Below the pieces are notes generated by a model. It was not told the DNA's origin. It ran no database searches and was given only the letters and a program-made list of their open reading frames with translations. A stretch of DNA of 64,000 nt from an uncultured virus (IMG/VR IMGVR_UViG_3300023175_002299). Lineage: Duplodnaviria > Heunggongvirae > Uroviricota > Caudoviricetes. The stretch spans positions 1 to 64,000 of IMG/VR virus record IMGVR_UViG_3300023175_002299; one strand, written 5' to 3'. Position numbers and translations under genes: made by a program. Positions 47,648 to 57,873 of the stretch are shown here, one piece after another; position 1 is the stretch's first letter, and the number at the start of each line of letters is the position of its first letter.

Positions 47648-48938
47648 TCCCTACTTCTGTACTGCACCGTGGACTCACACATACGTCTCCCCGCAAGGAG
47701 AACGTAGACTTTGTTGTGCTAGCAGAGAAGAGGCCTCATTTCAAAAACAGTATATTGATAGCGGAACCGCAAAGGGTAAGTTTGAACCAGTATCATTAGA
47801 AGAACACTGGAACAGCGATTACATGAAAGACATTCGTAAAAGAATGTTGGCCGGCGAACGTTTGCCCCAATGCGAAGTTTGTAATGATCAGATATTGAAC
47901 TTGCACACATATAAAAAATATTTCACGGAAACCTTGTTTCCGCATAAAGTGGAAAGTATAATATCCAATACATCGCCAGATGGTTACTATAGTGACCATC
48001 CAGTTTCATATGACTATAGAATATCTAATCTATGCAACTTTAAGTGTAGGATGTGTGGCGAACAATTGTCCAGCAGTTGGGAAGCTGAGAAAAAGAAACT
48101 CAACCTCATTGATATAACAGAAGAACCTTGGTTGGAACCCAATACGAGAAAACAAATCGGCAATTTTCAAAAAGAAGTTTTAGAAGAAGAATTGCAACGT
48201 GCTGTTGACAACGAAACGATAGAAGAGATTTATTGGGTTGGTGGGGAACCTCTAATGTGGGAACGTCACTGGACTGTCATGCAACAACTTGTTGATAGTG
48301 GTCACTCAAAAAATGTTACGGTAAGATATAATACGAATTTGAGTAGAACATCATTTAACGGGTCTCACCTCTATGACTTACTGCCGCACTTTAAGAAAGT
48401 AAACATTTGTGCAAGTATTGACGGAGCGTATACCGTTGGGGAATATATCAGAGACGGGTTGAAGTGGAATGAGTGGATCGAAAACTTTCAAGAGGGATTG
48501 TTTTTGATCGACCAGTTTGGTGATGATGCAATGGTGTTTGATGTAACGTTGACAACGCCCGGCCTGTTCTATCTGAAGGATTTGTTTCATGAAGCATTCA
48601 GACTGAATGTAAAGTCATACTTCAAGTTTACTTTTGCATTTGACCCATCTGTTGTAATGAGTCCGATGTGTTTGCCAAAACATATTTCAAAACCACTTTG
48701 TGAAAGTCTCATCTCGGATTTAGCACCATACACCACTTGGAAGAATCGTGTGTATACTGACTCTTTGAACAACCTAATAAATAGACAGTCATTTGATGAA
48801 CAATGGCCAGAAACATATTGTGATGGGTTAAAACGTGGCAAATCCTTTCAAGAATTTCTAGACGAAAAAAGAAATAGTTGTATTACATTTAGAGATACGC
48901 TGTATGGTGATGCAGTGGATTGGTGGGATAATATATGA
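47637..48938 (+). CDS. Radical SAM protein 4
   Basis: CNFKCRMC; VGGEP; FCTAPWTH...LCC...CEVC. Confidence 0.9.
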   Translation: MKDNPYFCTAPWTHTYVSPQGERRLCCASREEASFQKQYIDSGTAKGKFEPVSLEEHWNSDYMKDIRKRMLAGERLPQCEVCNDQILNLHTYKKYFTETLFPHKVESIISNTSPDGYYSDHPVSYDYRISNLCNFKCRMCGEQLSSSWEAEKKKLNLIDITEEPWLEPNTRKQIGNFQKEVLEEELQRAVDNETIEEIYWVGGEPLMWERHWTVMQQLVDSGHSKNVTVRYNTNLSRTSFNGSHLYDLLPHFKKVNICASIDGAYTVGEYIRDGLKWNEWIENFQEGLFLIDQFGDDAMVFDVTLTTPGLFYLKDLFHEAFRLNVKSYFKFTFAFDPSVVMSPMCLPKHISKPLCESLISDLAPYTTWKNRVYTDSLNNLINRQSFDEQWPETYCDGLKRGKSFQEFLDEKRNSCITFRDTLYGDAVDWWDNI

Positions 48939-49456
48939 AATTAATAATTGCAAATTATAGAACTGGTTCTACTACCTTTTCTCTTCTCCTCGGAGGAGAT
49001 GGTGATGAATGGTTGCACAACACCGTTTGTGATTATAGACCACCCACACCAGAGTTGGACGTATATAAAGTAATTCCAGATCAGTTTCATTATGATAGAT
49101 ATTACGAACAATTTAAAAAAGATTATCTAGAAAATGCTGATGAAATATACTACACTCTGAGAGAGGATGTTTCCAATCAAATTAAGTCACATGCCTATTG
49201 TGGAATTTCAAATGATTGGCATCCGTGGCAAAAGCTTACAGAACCAGATTGGGATGCGGATATGCAAGTTTCATTGGAATACTCTTTTAAAGTAATACTG
49301 AAGTGTCTGGAGTGGCAGTCAAAAATATATAAAGAATTTGGTGGAAAACTTGTTTGGTTGGAGGATCGCAATGACGGGGAAAAATATACTAGAAGATTGG
49401 ATTTAGATCAACCAGATGTAAATGTTAATATTGATGTAAAAGGTATGTTCCTGTGA
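48935..49456 (+). CDS. Sulfotransferase-like (P-loop) hypothetical protein
   Basis: IIANYRTGST; LREDVSNQIKS. Confidence 0.4.
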   Translation: MKLIIANYRTGSTTFSLLLGGDGDEWLHNTVCDYRPPTPELDVYKVIPDQFHYDRYYEQFKKDYLENADEIYYTLREDVSNQIKSHAYCGISNDWHPWQKLTEPDWDADMQVSLEYSFKVILKCLEWQSKIYKEFGGKLVWLEDRNDGEKYTRRLDLDQPDVNVNIDVKGMFL

Positions 49457-50721
49457 GTAAAACTTTTTGTCCACTTCCGTGGAATCACTTAGCAACACAC
49501 CCACACGGTGTTTGCACCCTATGTTGCGAATCAGAACAACAGGATGGCATTTCTCAAGCTTTCAACGACTATGGACATGGAAGAAAACTGATCACACTAC
49601 AGAATGTTGATGACTTTTCTAAGATTACCAATTCTGATAGTTTTAGCAAAGTCAGGAAAAAAATGTTAAACGGAGAACAACCCGTTGAGTGTAGAAAGTG
49701 CTGGGATTTGGAGAGTGTCGGTGTCAAGAGTAAACGATACTATGAAAGTCGTAGAGTCCCTATGGATGTTGAATACGCTAAGAGTATCACAAACGAAGAT
49801 GGAACACTTAAAGAAGTCAATTATGAATTTGTTGAATTGCGTTTGGGTAACCACTGCAATGTACAGTGTCGTACATGCAATCCATATTCTAGCTCTCGGT
49901 GGATGAAAGATTGGGATGTAATTTACCCAGAACGTCCGGCACTACCAGAGATGATGAGTCAGAAAAATTTCAACTGGCCTTTGGATCAGGGCTTTTGGGA
50001 TAAACTGATAACAAGATGCGACAAACTCAAAGTATTGTATATCAATGGTGGCGAACCATTCATTGTTGATAAACATATGGATTTTCTGTCAACTCTGGTT
50101 GATATGGGATTGGCCAAAAATGTTGAAATAGTTTATTCGACAAATTGCACCGTGGTGAACAAGGACTACGAAGAAATTTGGAAGAATTTTAAACACGTTC
50201 AGTTTATGTTGTCCATTGATGATGTTGGCGACAGGAATGAATATATCAGAACATTTACCAAGTGGGAAAAGGTTTTAGAGTTTGTCACTTGGATGATGAG
50301 TATGACTGCTAGATATAAAAACATTAATTACAATATCTTGCAGACGGTATCTACATATAATGTCTACTATGTACCAGAGTTCTATGAATTTTTCAAGGAT
50401 AAGGTTCCTCTGAGGGGTCACCCCCTAGAAGATTCATCTTTGCATATTAGTCATAACTTTGTGAATGATCCAGAACACTTTGATTGCAGGGTTTTGCCAA
50501 AAGAAGTTCAAAAAGTTGTTTTGCAGAGACTTGAAGGATATCAGGGATACAACGATATAAAAAATTATCTCAGTGTCGATGGTGAAAATAGATGGGGCGG
50601 CGGAGTATCAGGAAACATGAAAATGTTTTTTGAAAAAACCAGATCAATGGACGAGTTGAGAAAACAGTCCTTTGAAAAAACTTTTCCAGAACTTTATGAA
50701 TTGATAAAAGATTATGAGTAA
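49453..50721 (+). CDS. Radical SAM protein 5
   Basis: CNVQCRTC; NGGEP; FCPLPWNH...LCC...CRKCW. Confidence 0.9.
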   Translation: MSKTFCPLPWNHLATHPHGVCTLCCESEQQDGISQAFNDYGHGRKLITLQNVDDFSKITNSDSFSKVRKKMLNGEQPVECRKCWDLESVGVKSKRYYESRRVPMDVEYAKSITNEDGTLKEVNYEFVELRLGNHCNVQCRTCNPYSSSRWMKDWDVIYPERPALPEMMSQKNFNWPLDQGFWDKLITRCDKLKVLYINGGEPFIVDKHMDFLSTLVDMGLAKNVEIVYSTNCTVVNKDYEEIWKNFKHVQFMLSIDDVGDRNEYIRTFTKWEKVLEFVTWMMSMTARYKNINYNILQTVSTYNVYYVPEFYEFFKDKVPLRGHPLEDSSLHISHNFVNDPEHFDCRVLPKEVQKVVLQRLEGYQGYNDIKNYLSVDGENRWGGGVSGNMKMFFEKTRSMDELRKQSFEKTFPELYELIKDYE

Positions 50722-51958
50722 AGGAAAAAATAATCCCACAAAGACAAAGATAAAGAACGACAATCTTTGTATTATACCTTGGATACATTTGCATACATGG
50801 CCAAACGGGTCAGTATACCCATGTTGCATTTCTCCAATGGAACACCGTGTAGGCAATCTAAACGAAAAAAGTCTTCAAGAAATATTCAACGATGACAAGA
50901 TGAAAAAAATTCGTCTTGAGATGTTGGATAACAAAAGACCCGAAAGTTGCCAGAGGTGTTACATACAAGAAGACTGCGGCGCTCACTCTTTTAGAATGAG
51001 TTCAAACAGAGATTTTAATCAACATAGTGATTTGATAGAATCTACCAACGATGATGGTTCCGTTGACGAGATTAGATTGTCTTACTGGGACTTTCGGTTT
51101 TCAAACGTTTGCAATTTTAAGTGCAGAAGTTGTGGGCCTCAGTTGAGTACGGGATGGTACAGTGATACTAAGAAAATTGCAGAGATGGAAACTGGCAGAA
51201 AATTTTTGCCAGATGATATTCCCAGAGAAGTACACTTTGATTTGTGGGAAGACATACAACCTTACTTTGAAGATGTAGAAATCATTTACTTTGCTGGTGG
51301 TGAACCATTGATCATGGAAGAACACTATCGCATCTTGAAAAAACTTGATGAGATGGGTAGACACGATGTGCAGATTAGATACAACACGAATTTCAGTGAG
51401 ATGCGATACAAGGACTTGCATGTTCTTGAATATTGGCCGAAATTCAAAAACGTCAGTGTTGGTGCTAGTATTGACGGAATGAAAGAACAGGGTGAACTCA
51501 TTCGCAGTGGTTTCAAGTGGGATCAGTTTGTTCAGAACAGAGAAAAGATGAAAGAACTTTGTCCTCATGTTGACTTTTATGTAAACTGTACGGTCAGTGT
51601 TCAAAATGCATTTCATTGCATCAAGTTTCATCAAGCCTTATTTGATCAAGAATTTATATCTGGTTTAGATAAGTTTCATGTGAATCCTGTTATGGAACCC
51701 CCTCTCCTAAGTTTACAAATTCTTCCGATAGAAACCAAGAAAATGTTGACAACTCAATATAGAATACACGTTGACATGTTGAAGAAATATGGCCATAATG
51801 CTGTTGCAAATGATTTTGAATCTCTGATGACATTCATGAATTCAGAAGATAGACAAGATTTGATAAAACCATTTTTACATAAAATGGAAACCTTAGATAT
51901 TATTAGAAACGAAGACTTTTTTAAGACCTTCCCAGAACTAGAGGTTTTGCGTGGATAA
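50714..51958 (+). CDS. Radical SAM protein 6
   Basis: CNFKCRSC; AGGEP; CIIPWIH...GSVYPCC...CQRC. Confidence 0.9.
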   Translation: MSKGKNNPTKTKIKNDNLCIIPWIHLHTWPNGSVYPCCISPMEHRVGNLNEKSLQEIFNDDKMKKIRLEMLDNKRPESCQRCYIQEDCGAHSFRMSSNRDFNQHSDLIESTNDDGSVDEIRLSYWDFRFSNVCNFKCRSCGPQLSTGWYSDTKKIAEMETGRKFLPDDIPREVHFDLWEDIQPYFEDVEIIYFAGGEPLIMEEHYRILKKLDEMGRHDVQIRYNTNFSEMRYKDLHVLEYWPKFKNVSVGASIDGMKEQGELIRSGFKWDQFVQNREKMKELCPHVDFYVNCTVSVQNAFHCIKFHQALFDQEFISGLDKFHVNPVMEPPLLSLQILPIETKKMLTTQYRIHVDMLKKYGHNAVANDFESLMTFMNSEDRQDLIKPFLHKMETLDIIRNEDFFKTFPELEVLRG

Positions 51959-53117
51959 AATTTGTTTACTGCCTTGGATACACACCGAGTTTACTACAGA
52001 AGGTACTGCCAAACCATGTTGTTTATATCGTGGTGAACCAATGGGGAATCTCAAAGAAGAATCCTTGATGGACATTTGGAGTGGCGAAAAGTACAATAAT
52101 CTGCGACAAGAATTTCTTGATGGAAAAATGCCTTCTGGTTGTGCTATGTGTTGGCAGAACGAAGATGCTGGATACAAGTCAAAAAGATTGCAAGATATCG
52201 ACAGGTTTTCTAATCATGTAGACAAAATAGGAAAAGATATAACTCCCCCAGTTTATCTTGATTTAAAGTTTGGTACATTGTGTAATCTAAAATGTCGATC
52301 TTGTGGAAGTGTAAACTCTTCCAGTTGGAAGGCAGATGAAATTAAAATGTACGGAAGAGTGCTTGATAACAAAGATGCTTTGTGGGTGAAAAAGAATCCT
52401 GGCGTCTGGGAAGAACTTGATAAAATTATGCCGACAGTAGAACATATGGATTTTACTGGTGGAGAACCTTTTATGATAGATCAACATTTTGATCTGTTGC
52501 GACATGCAGTTGATTCTGGTTATGCCAAGAACATTGCCATACATTACAATACAAACGGAACAATTAGACCCCCCAAAGAAATATTTGATCTGTGGAAAGA
52601 ATTTAAACACTGTGAAATCATGTTCAGTATAGATGGCGTTGGAGAACAATTTGAGTATATTCGCAGTGGTGCTGTGTGGGATGAGGTTTGGGAAAACTTC
52701 AATCATTTCAAATCCCATAAATTTCTCAACATACAAATATGTCATACTGTTAGTTTGTTTAACGTATATTATTTGAATGATTTTGTAGAAACATTTGATG
52801 GTAATAACATTTATTTCAATTTGTTGCACTTCCCCAGACAATATTGTGTTCGTAATATGCCAGATTCCAGCAAAGATAAAGTTCGTGAGAAAATTATAAA
52901 TATTCCCAACACCGATGCCATTATAAACTTTATGATGCAAGAGGCCGAACACGATAAGTTAGACTTGGGTTTCATTGCGGTGACAGAAAGACTTGACTCA
53001 GTAAGAGAAGAAGACTACAAAAAAACTTTTCCAGAATTTTATGAGATTTTAGTAGATGGCGGCATCAGAAACAGACCTTGGGAATATCCAGACTTTATTA
53101 CAAAAAGTTCTGGATGA
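51951..53117 (+). CDS. Radical SAM protein 7
   Basis: CNLKCRSC; TGGEP; CLLPWIH...PCC...CAMCW. Confidence 0.9.
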   Translation: MDKICLLPWIHTEFTTEGTAKPCCLYRGEPMGNLKEESLMDIWSGEKYNNLRQEFLDGKMPSGCAMCWQNEDAGYKSKRLQDIDRFSNHVDKIGKDITPPVYLDLKFGTLCNLKCRSCGSVNSSSWKADEIKMYGRVLDNKDALWVKKNPGVWEELDKIMPTVEHMDFTGGEPFMIDQHFDLLRHAVDSGYAKNIAIHYNTNGTIRPPKEIFDLWKEFKHCEIMFSIDGVGEQFEYIRSGAVWDEVWENFNHFKSHKFLNIQICHTVSLFNVYYLNDFVETFDGNNIYFNLLHFPRQYCVRNMPDSSKDKVREKIINIPNTDAIINFMMQEAEHDKLDLGFIAVTERLDSVREEDYKKTFPEFYEILVDGGIRNRPWEYPDFITKSSG

Positions 53118-54765
53118 AGTACAATCTCTTAGAAAAGAGATATCTGTACTTAAAACTAATCCCAGAAAAATTTCTAACCAACCCCCTATCCTCTGGTTTG
53201 ATAAACTGCCCCCTATAAGGGAGTTGGCTAAAGGCGAATATCCACAAAAAAATAGTTCATCAGACCCACATAATAAAGTTTGTTTCGGCCCTACTGATAT
53301 TGTTGACCTTTATGAAAGAATGGGCATTCCATTTGAAATGAAAGATATTTCTGATTGGAATGATACTTACGTTGACAGAGACAACCTTTATTTCATAGAA
53401 ATTGTACAAGTACATGTGAACGTAGAAGACATTTTCTGTGGATGTAATCATCATGCCTTGCAGATGGTTAGAGAAAGAAAGATGGCAATGGTTTTCTGGT
53501 TTCCGCACGAGGGATTTGGGATGGCATCTTTGAGAGATGTTGTCAACGATAATCCTTGGATGACTAGACTTGTTAAAAAAATTGTAGATTATGACCTAAG
53601 TGGAGGAGTACATTATTTTATCTACGGTGATTTTAATGTACAAAAAAACTTTGACAGGTGGAAGAGGGCCAATCCAGAAATAGAATTTGAATTTAAAAAA
53701 TGTTTTGGCATTGATTTTTTCCATGAACATTACTTCAAACAATATGTTTCCAGAACTTGTTGGAGATTCAATCCTTCCCACAACTTTGATAAGTACAAAT
53801 CTGTTGAAAGTTTTGGTGATTATCATTGTTCCAAACATCGAGATGCTTACATCGAGTTTGAAGATTTACCAGAACAAGTTAAAAAATCTAAACAAGATAC
53901 CAATAAACCCGGCTGGCCTAGATTGCAATGGGCAGACGAATATAGAGATATCAGACTTGATGAAGTTATGGCAGATGTCCCCCCGGCCACGGAAAAAGAA
54001 AGAGATTTGATCTGCCTGAATGCAAGAGTAAGACCCCATAGACCAGTAATTGTCTCTGAATTATTTAGATTGGGATATGACAATAATAACTCTTACATTA
54101 GTTTTTTAGCCAGAGACGAGAACCCAGAAGAACATCCAGAACTTTATTGGAAGTTCAAATATTTTTATACTAAATCTGAATACAGGGAAGATACTATAGA
54201 AGATTGGGTTTCTAACGAGTGGACTGCGCCCAACACGATCATGGAATTTGAAACACAACGAGAATTTTTCTATAAATTTTGGCATAAAAATGATATTATA
54301 TCTATTGACATCAATACGGACTCGGTGACCAAAGATGATAGAAGGATCACGTTGGATCACTACAGAAAATCATTTTTTGCTTTAGTTAGTGAAACTCTTT
54401 TCGGTTTAGATGATAGTAATTGTTTGCAGATTACAGAGAAGATTTATAAGTGTTTTGCTTATAGAATTCCATTCATGGTAGTGGGTTCACCAGGCACATT
54501 AGAACACCTCAGAGATATGGGGTACGAAACATTTCCAGAAATGTTTGATGAGACGTATGATTCTATTTTAAACCCGAAGAAAAGAATGTCACATATTATT
54601 AGAAATTTAGAAAGATGGAAAACACTAACCCATGCAGAAAAATTTAGACTGTACGAGTCGGTCAGACCTAAACTCTATAGAAACTACGAACATTTTAAAA
54701 ACTGTTCTTCTGTTCGTATCGCTGAACATAGAAATATTTTTAATGAACTAAGATTATATGACTGA
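53056..54765 (+). CDS. Glycosyltransferase-like protein ('TEK' family, long form)
   Basis: CLNARVRPHR...LVSET...ITEKIYK...PFMVVGSPG...GYETF...FDETYD. Confidence 0.5.
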   Translation: MAASETDLGNIQTLLQKVLDEVQSLRKEISVLKTNPRKISNQPPILWFDKLPPIRELAKGEYPQKNSSSDPHNKVCFGPTDIVDLYERMGIPFEMKDISDWNDTYVDRDNLYFIEIVQVHVNVEDIFCGCNHHALQMVRERKMAMVFWFPHEGFGMASLRDVVNDNPWMTRLVKKIVDYDLSGGVHYFIYGDFNVQKNFDRWKRANPEIEFEFKKCFGIDFFHEHYFKQYVSRTCWRFNPSHNFDKYKSVESFGDYHCSKHRDAYIEFEDLPEQVKKSKQDTNKPGWPRLQWADEYRDIRLDEVMADVPPATEKERDLICLNARVRPHRPVIVSELFRLGYDNNNSYISFLARDENPEEHPELYWKFKYFYTKSEYREDTIEDWVSNEWTAPNTIMEFETQREFFYKFWHKNDIISIDINTDSVTKDDRRITLDHYRKSFFALVSETLFGLDDSNCLQITEKIYKCFAYRIPFMVVGSPGTLEHLRDMGYETFPEMFDETYDSILNPKKRMSHIIRNLERWKTLTHAEKFRLYESVRPKLYRNYEHFKNCSSVRIAEHRNIFNELRLYD

Positions 54766-55789
54766 TTATTTTACGAATGGGCCATCAATAAAATCTGGCA
54801 ACAACCAGATTACAGATTTTGACAGGGTTTTTTTCAAAAGGATTCTTGAACTTATACCAGATGATGTTTGTCTTATTGATACCACTTGGATAAATGATCC
54901 AATAACATTTCAAAAATTTGTTGATTGGCAAATTACTACAGACAAAAAAAGAGCATTTCTATATTCTGGTATGGATTGGATGAATACACACTGCGAACCA
55001 GTGTGTACTGCTGCTCATATATTTCTACAATATAGATTTGATTGCACTCATATTGGAAACACTTCTGAGGGACACTATTTCAGTTTTTGGGTTGAATTTA
55101 TAGATTTTTACAAAAAATATTTTTTTGATGAATGCTACACATCAAAACCAAATTTACAATATCATTTTATGTGTTTAAATAACAAACCCAATGATCATAG
55201 AAGGCACTTGTTAAATAAGATTTTTGAACAAGAAACAATTTATAAAAAAGGAAACATATCTGTATTACAAAGAGACGCCGGATACAATTTTGAACACCCA
55301 ATTATTCTTGAAGAAAATAGACCACCAGAACTGGTAAATATGTTTTATGACCACGAAGTTTTATCTGACAAACATATAGCAAATGATATAATTTCTCTGG
55401 GAGACCCAACGCATTGGAACTCCCACTTTGTCAATGTTGTTACGGAAAGTGCTGCTCATACAGATGTTTTTCTGAGCGAAAAGATTTTTAAACCAATTAT
55501 AGGATTAAGACCTTTTCTTGCTTTGGGGGATAGAAACTTATACCCAAAACTAAGAGAATTTGGATTCGATACTTTTGAAGATTTGTTTCCCAATGTTGGA
55601 CTTGATGTTGATAGAGATCAAAGAACTGACAACTTGGTAAAGGATTTAAAAAAGGTGTGCCTTACTCCCATAGAAGAACTTGACAGAATTTATTCTTCCA
55701 TATATAATAGGTTGGAAAATAATCGTAATCTAATGATAGAATTAATCACAAAAAACAAACAATGGATAGAGGATTTGAAAACATTATGA
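54758..55789 (+). CDS. Glycosyltransferase-like protein ('SEK' variant)
   Basis: CLNNKPNDHR...VVTES...FLSEKIFKP...GFDTF. Confidence 0.5.
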   Translation: MTDYFTNGPSIKSGNNQITDFDRVFFKRILELIPDDVCLIDTTWINDPITFQKFVDWQITTDKKRAFLYSGMDWMNTHCEPVCTAAHIFLQYRFDCTHIGNTSEGHYFSFWVEFIDFYKKYFFDECYTSKPNLQYHFMCLNNKPNDHRRHLLNKIFEQETIYKKGNISVLQRDAGYNFEHPIILEENRPPELVNMFYDHEVLSDKHIANDIISLGDPTHWNSHFVNVVTESAAHTDVFLSEKIFKPIIGLRPFLALGDRNLYPKLREFGFDTFEDLFPNVGLDVDRDQRTDNLVKDLKKVCLTPIEELDRIYSSIYNRLENNRNLMIELITKNKQWIEDLKTL

Positions 55790-56946
55790 AAATTGGTTTT
55801 ATTGGATTTGGCAAACTGGGTCAACCCTGTGGAGAGGTGATTGCAGAGAAAGGACACGATGTTGTAGCTTATGATGTTGCAACGATTGACACCGATATTG
55901 ATATGCGACCAACGATCAAAGATACTGTTGCAGATAGAGATATTGTTTTTGTCGCTGTCCCCACCCCACACGATCCAGAATATGGCGGAGAGACTCCAAC
56001 ATATCACTTACCACCAAAAGACTTTGGATATGGGATTGTTCAACATGTTATAGAAGAAGCAAATAATCATATGAACAAGGATCAGTTGCTTGTTCTTATC
56101 AGTACTGTTTTGCCTGGCACTGTACGCAGAGAATTTGTACCTCTAGTCACAAACACTCGATTTGTATATAATCCCTACCTTATTGCCATGGGAACTGTTG
56201 CATGGGATATGGTGAATCCAGAGATGGTTATGATCGGCACTGAAGATGGTACTGAAACTGGTGATGCAAAAGAACTCAAAGAGTTTTATGAGTCTATTAT
56301 GGAAAACGACCCACGATATGTAATAGGTACATGGGATGAGTGCGAGTGCATCAAAGTATTTTACAATACGTTTATCAGTGCGAAGATCGGTTTGGTAAAC
56401 ATGATACAAGATGTTGCAGAACAACAGGGTAATATTGATGTGGATGTTGTTGCAAATGCTTTGAGAGATAGTACTCAGAGGATTATGGGGCCTGGGTACA
56501 TGAAGCCTGGGATGGGTGATGGTGGTGCATGTCATCCCAGAGACAACATTGCACTTAGATTCATGTCTGACAATCTATCCTTGGGATATGATCTTTTTGC
56601 AGAGATTATGAAAGCCAGAGATGTTCAAGCAGAAAATATGGCTAGAGCAATTTGTGAACACGGGTATGAAGTTTATTTCACTTCCGATTCCTACAAACCA
56701 CATGTAGATTATACAAATGGTAGTTATAGTCTTTTGGTGCAACATTATGTCGAAAAATTTAATACTAATGTAACCAAAGACATAGATCAAGCAGATGTTA
56801 TTGTAAGAGTGCATGAGTCCGATGAAATTAATGAAGAAGAATTAGTCCCAGGCGTAGTTATTTTTGATCCTTGGAGAACGTATGAATTAAAAACTAAATC
56901 CCATATTGTAGTCCATTATGGTAATACTAGGTCATGCAAAAAATAA
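55786..56946 (+). CDS. UDP-glucose/GDP-mannose dehydrogenase family
   Basis: IGFIGFGKLG, FVAVPTP, ISTVLPGT, GDGGACHPRDN. Confidence 0.9.
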   Translation: MKIGFIGFGKLGQPCGEVIAEKGHDVVAYDVATIDTDIDMRPTIKDTVADRDIVFVAVPTPHDPEYGGETPTYHLPPKDFGYGIVQHVIEEANNHMNKDQLLVLISTVLPGTVRREFVPLVTNTRFVYNPYLIAMGTVAWDMVNPEMVMIGTEDGTETGDAKELKEFYESIMENDPRYVIGTWDECECIKVFYNTFISAKIGLVNMIQDVAEQQGNIDVDVVANALRDSTQRIMGPGYMKPGMGDGGACHPRDNIALRFMSDNLSLGYDLFAEIMKARDVQAENMARAICEHGYEVYFTSDSYKPHVDYTNGSYSLLVQHYVEKFNTNVTKDIDQADVIVRVHESDEINEEELVPGVVIFDPWRTYELKTKSHIVVHYGNTRSCKK

Positions 56947-57764
56947 AATGTGTTCCTACAGAACATAATACTGCATTTGGGTTGTCCGGCATAGGCGCTG
57001 CTGGTGATCTACATTTTAATACCGTATTAGAATGGTTTCCCACTGACGAAAAAAGTTTGTATGAAGAAAACTTTTTAAAATACCCAGAAATTATGAAAAG
57101 ATGGGAGAACGTTGATATAACCTATGAAATTAACGAGTATGGTTTTCGGTCTCCTTCTTTTTATGACTCTGATAATAATATAGTTTTTCTAGGATGCAGT
57201 ATTACTACTGGTATTGGGTTGCCCCTTGAAAAAACTTTTGCATATTCGATATCCAAAAAACTGGGAATGAATTTATGTAACCTTTCTGTACCAGGCAGAT
57301 CAAATGATACTTGTTATAGATTGGGGTCTTTTTGGATACCAATATTAAAACCAAAACTTGTTATATGTTTTGTAGTATCTAAATCGAGAAAGGAAATTAA
57401 AATTTCTAATGGAAATGGAGATATATCATTTTATCACAATTTTCTTCCAGCAAAATCCGATGAAACAAAAATTTTAAATTCCGACTTCGGAGATTTTTAT
57501 GCACAATGGTGTCTCAATGAGGAAAATCTAAATTATAATATGCAAAAAAATATGGATGCTTTGGAAACGGTATGTTCTAGAAACGGTTCCAAATTTTATT
57601 GTTTTGATGAGGTCTTTATTACTGAGAAATACCTCAATCCAGCTGGAAGACTTCATTTGGGGGGTTTGAAATATCGTGCTAGAGATTTACTGCATCCAGG
57701 CGAACAAGAAAACGAATTTATCACAAAAACAATTTTAGGAGAACTGGGATATGAAAAAAATTAA
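56934..57764 (+). CDS. SGNH-like protein
   Basis: NEYGFRS...LGCSITTG...NLSVPGRSND...RDLLHPG. Confidence 0.55.
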   Translation: MQKIKCVPTEHNTAFGLSGIGAAGDLHFNTVLEWFPTDEKSLYEENFLKYPEIMKRWENVDITYEINEYGFRSPSFYDSDNNIVFLGCSITTGIGLPLEKTFAYSISKKLGMNLCNLSVPGRSNDTCYRLGSFWIPILKPKLVICFVVSKSRKEIKISNGNGDISFYHNFLPAKSDETKILNSDFGDFYAQWCLNEENLNYNMQKNMDALETVCSRNGSKFYCFDEVFITEKYLNPAGRLHLGGLKYRARDLLHPGEQENEFITKTILGELGYEKN

Positions 57765-57873
57765 AAAGTTTTTTCTCGGTATAAAACAAAAGTTTGACGA
57801 TTGGAAAATGCGCCGAAGAATAAAAAAGAAAATGAAAGAAATTAGGGAGAGAGACCCATTTATCTATGATTAA
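57751..57873 (+). CDS. Small basic protein ending DPFIYD (40 aa, not in ORF track)
   Basis: AGGAG upstream; MKKIKKFFLGIKQKFDDWKMRRRIKKKMKEIRERDPFIYD; overlaps both neighbours. Confidence 0.6.
   Translation: MKKIKKFFLGIKQKFDDWKMRRRIKKKMKEIRERDPFIYD

Noticed and set aside
41943..53117. Calling the radical SAM genes QueE, MoaA, NrdG or viperin
   Set aside because: Their length (388-497 aa), N-terminal Cys clusters and gene context do not fit those families
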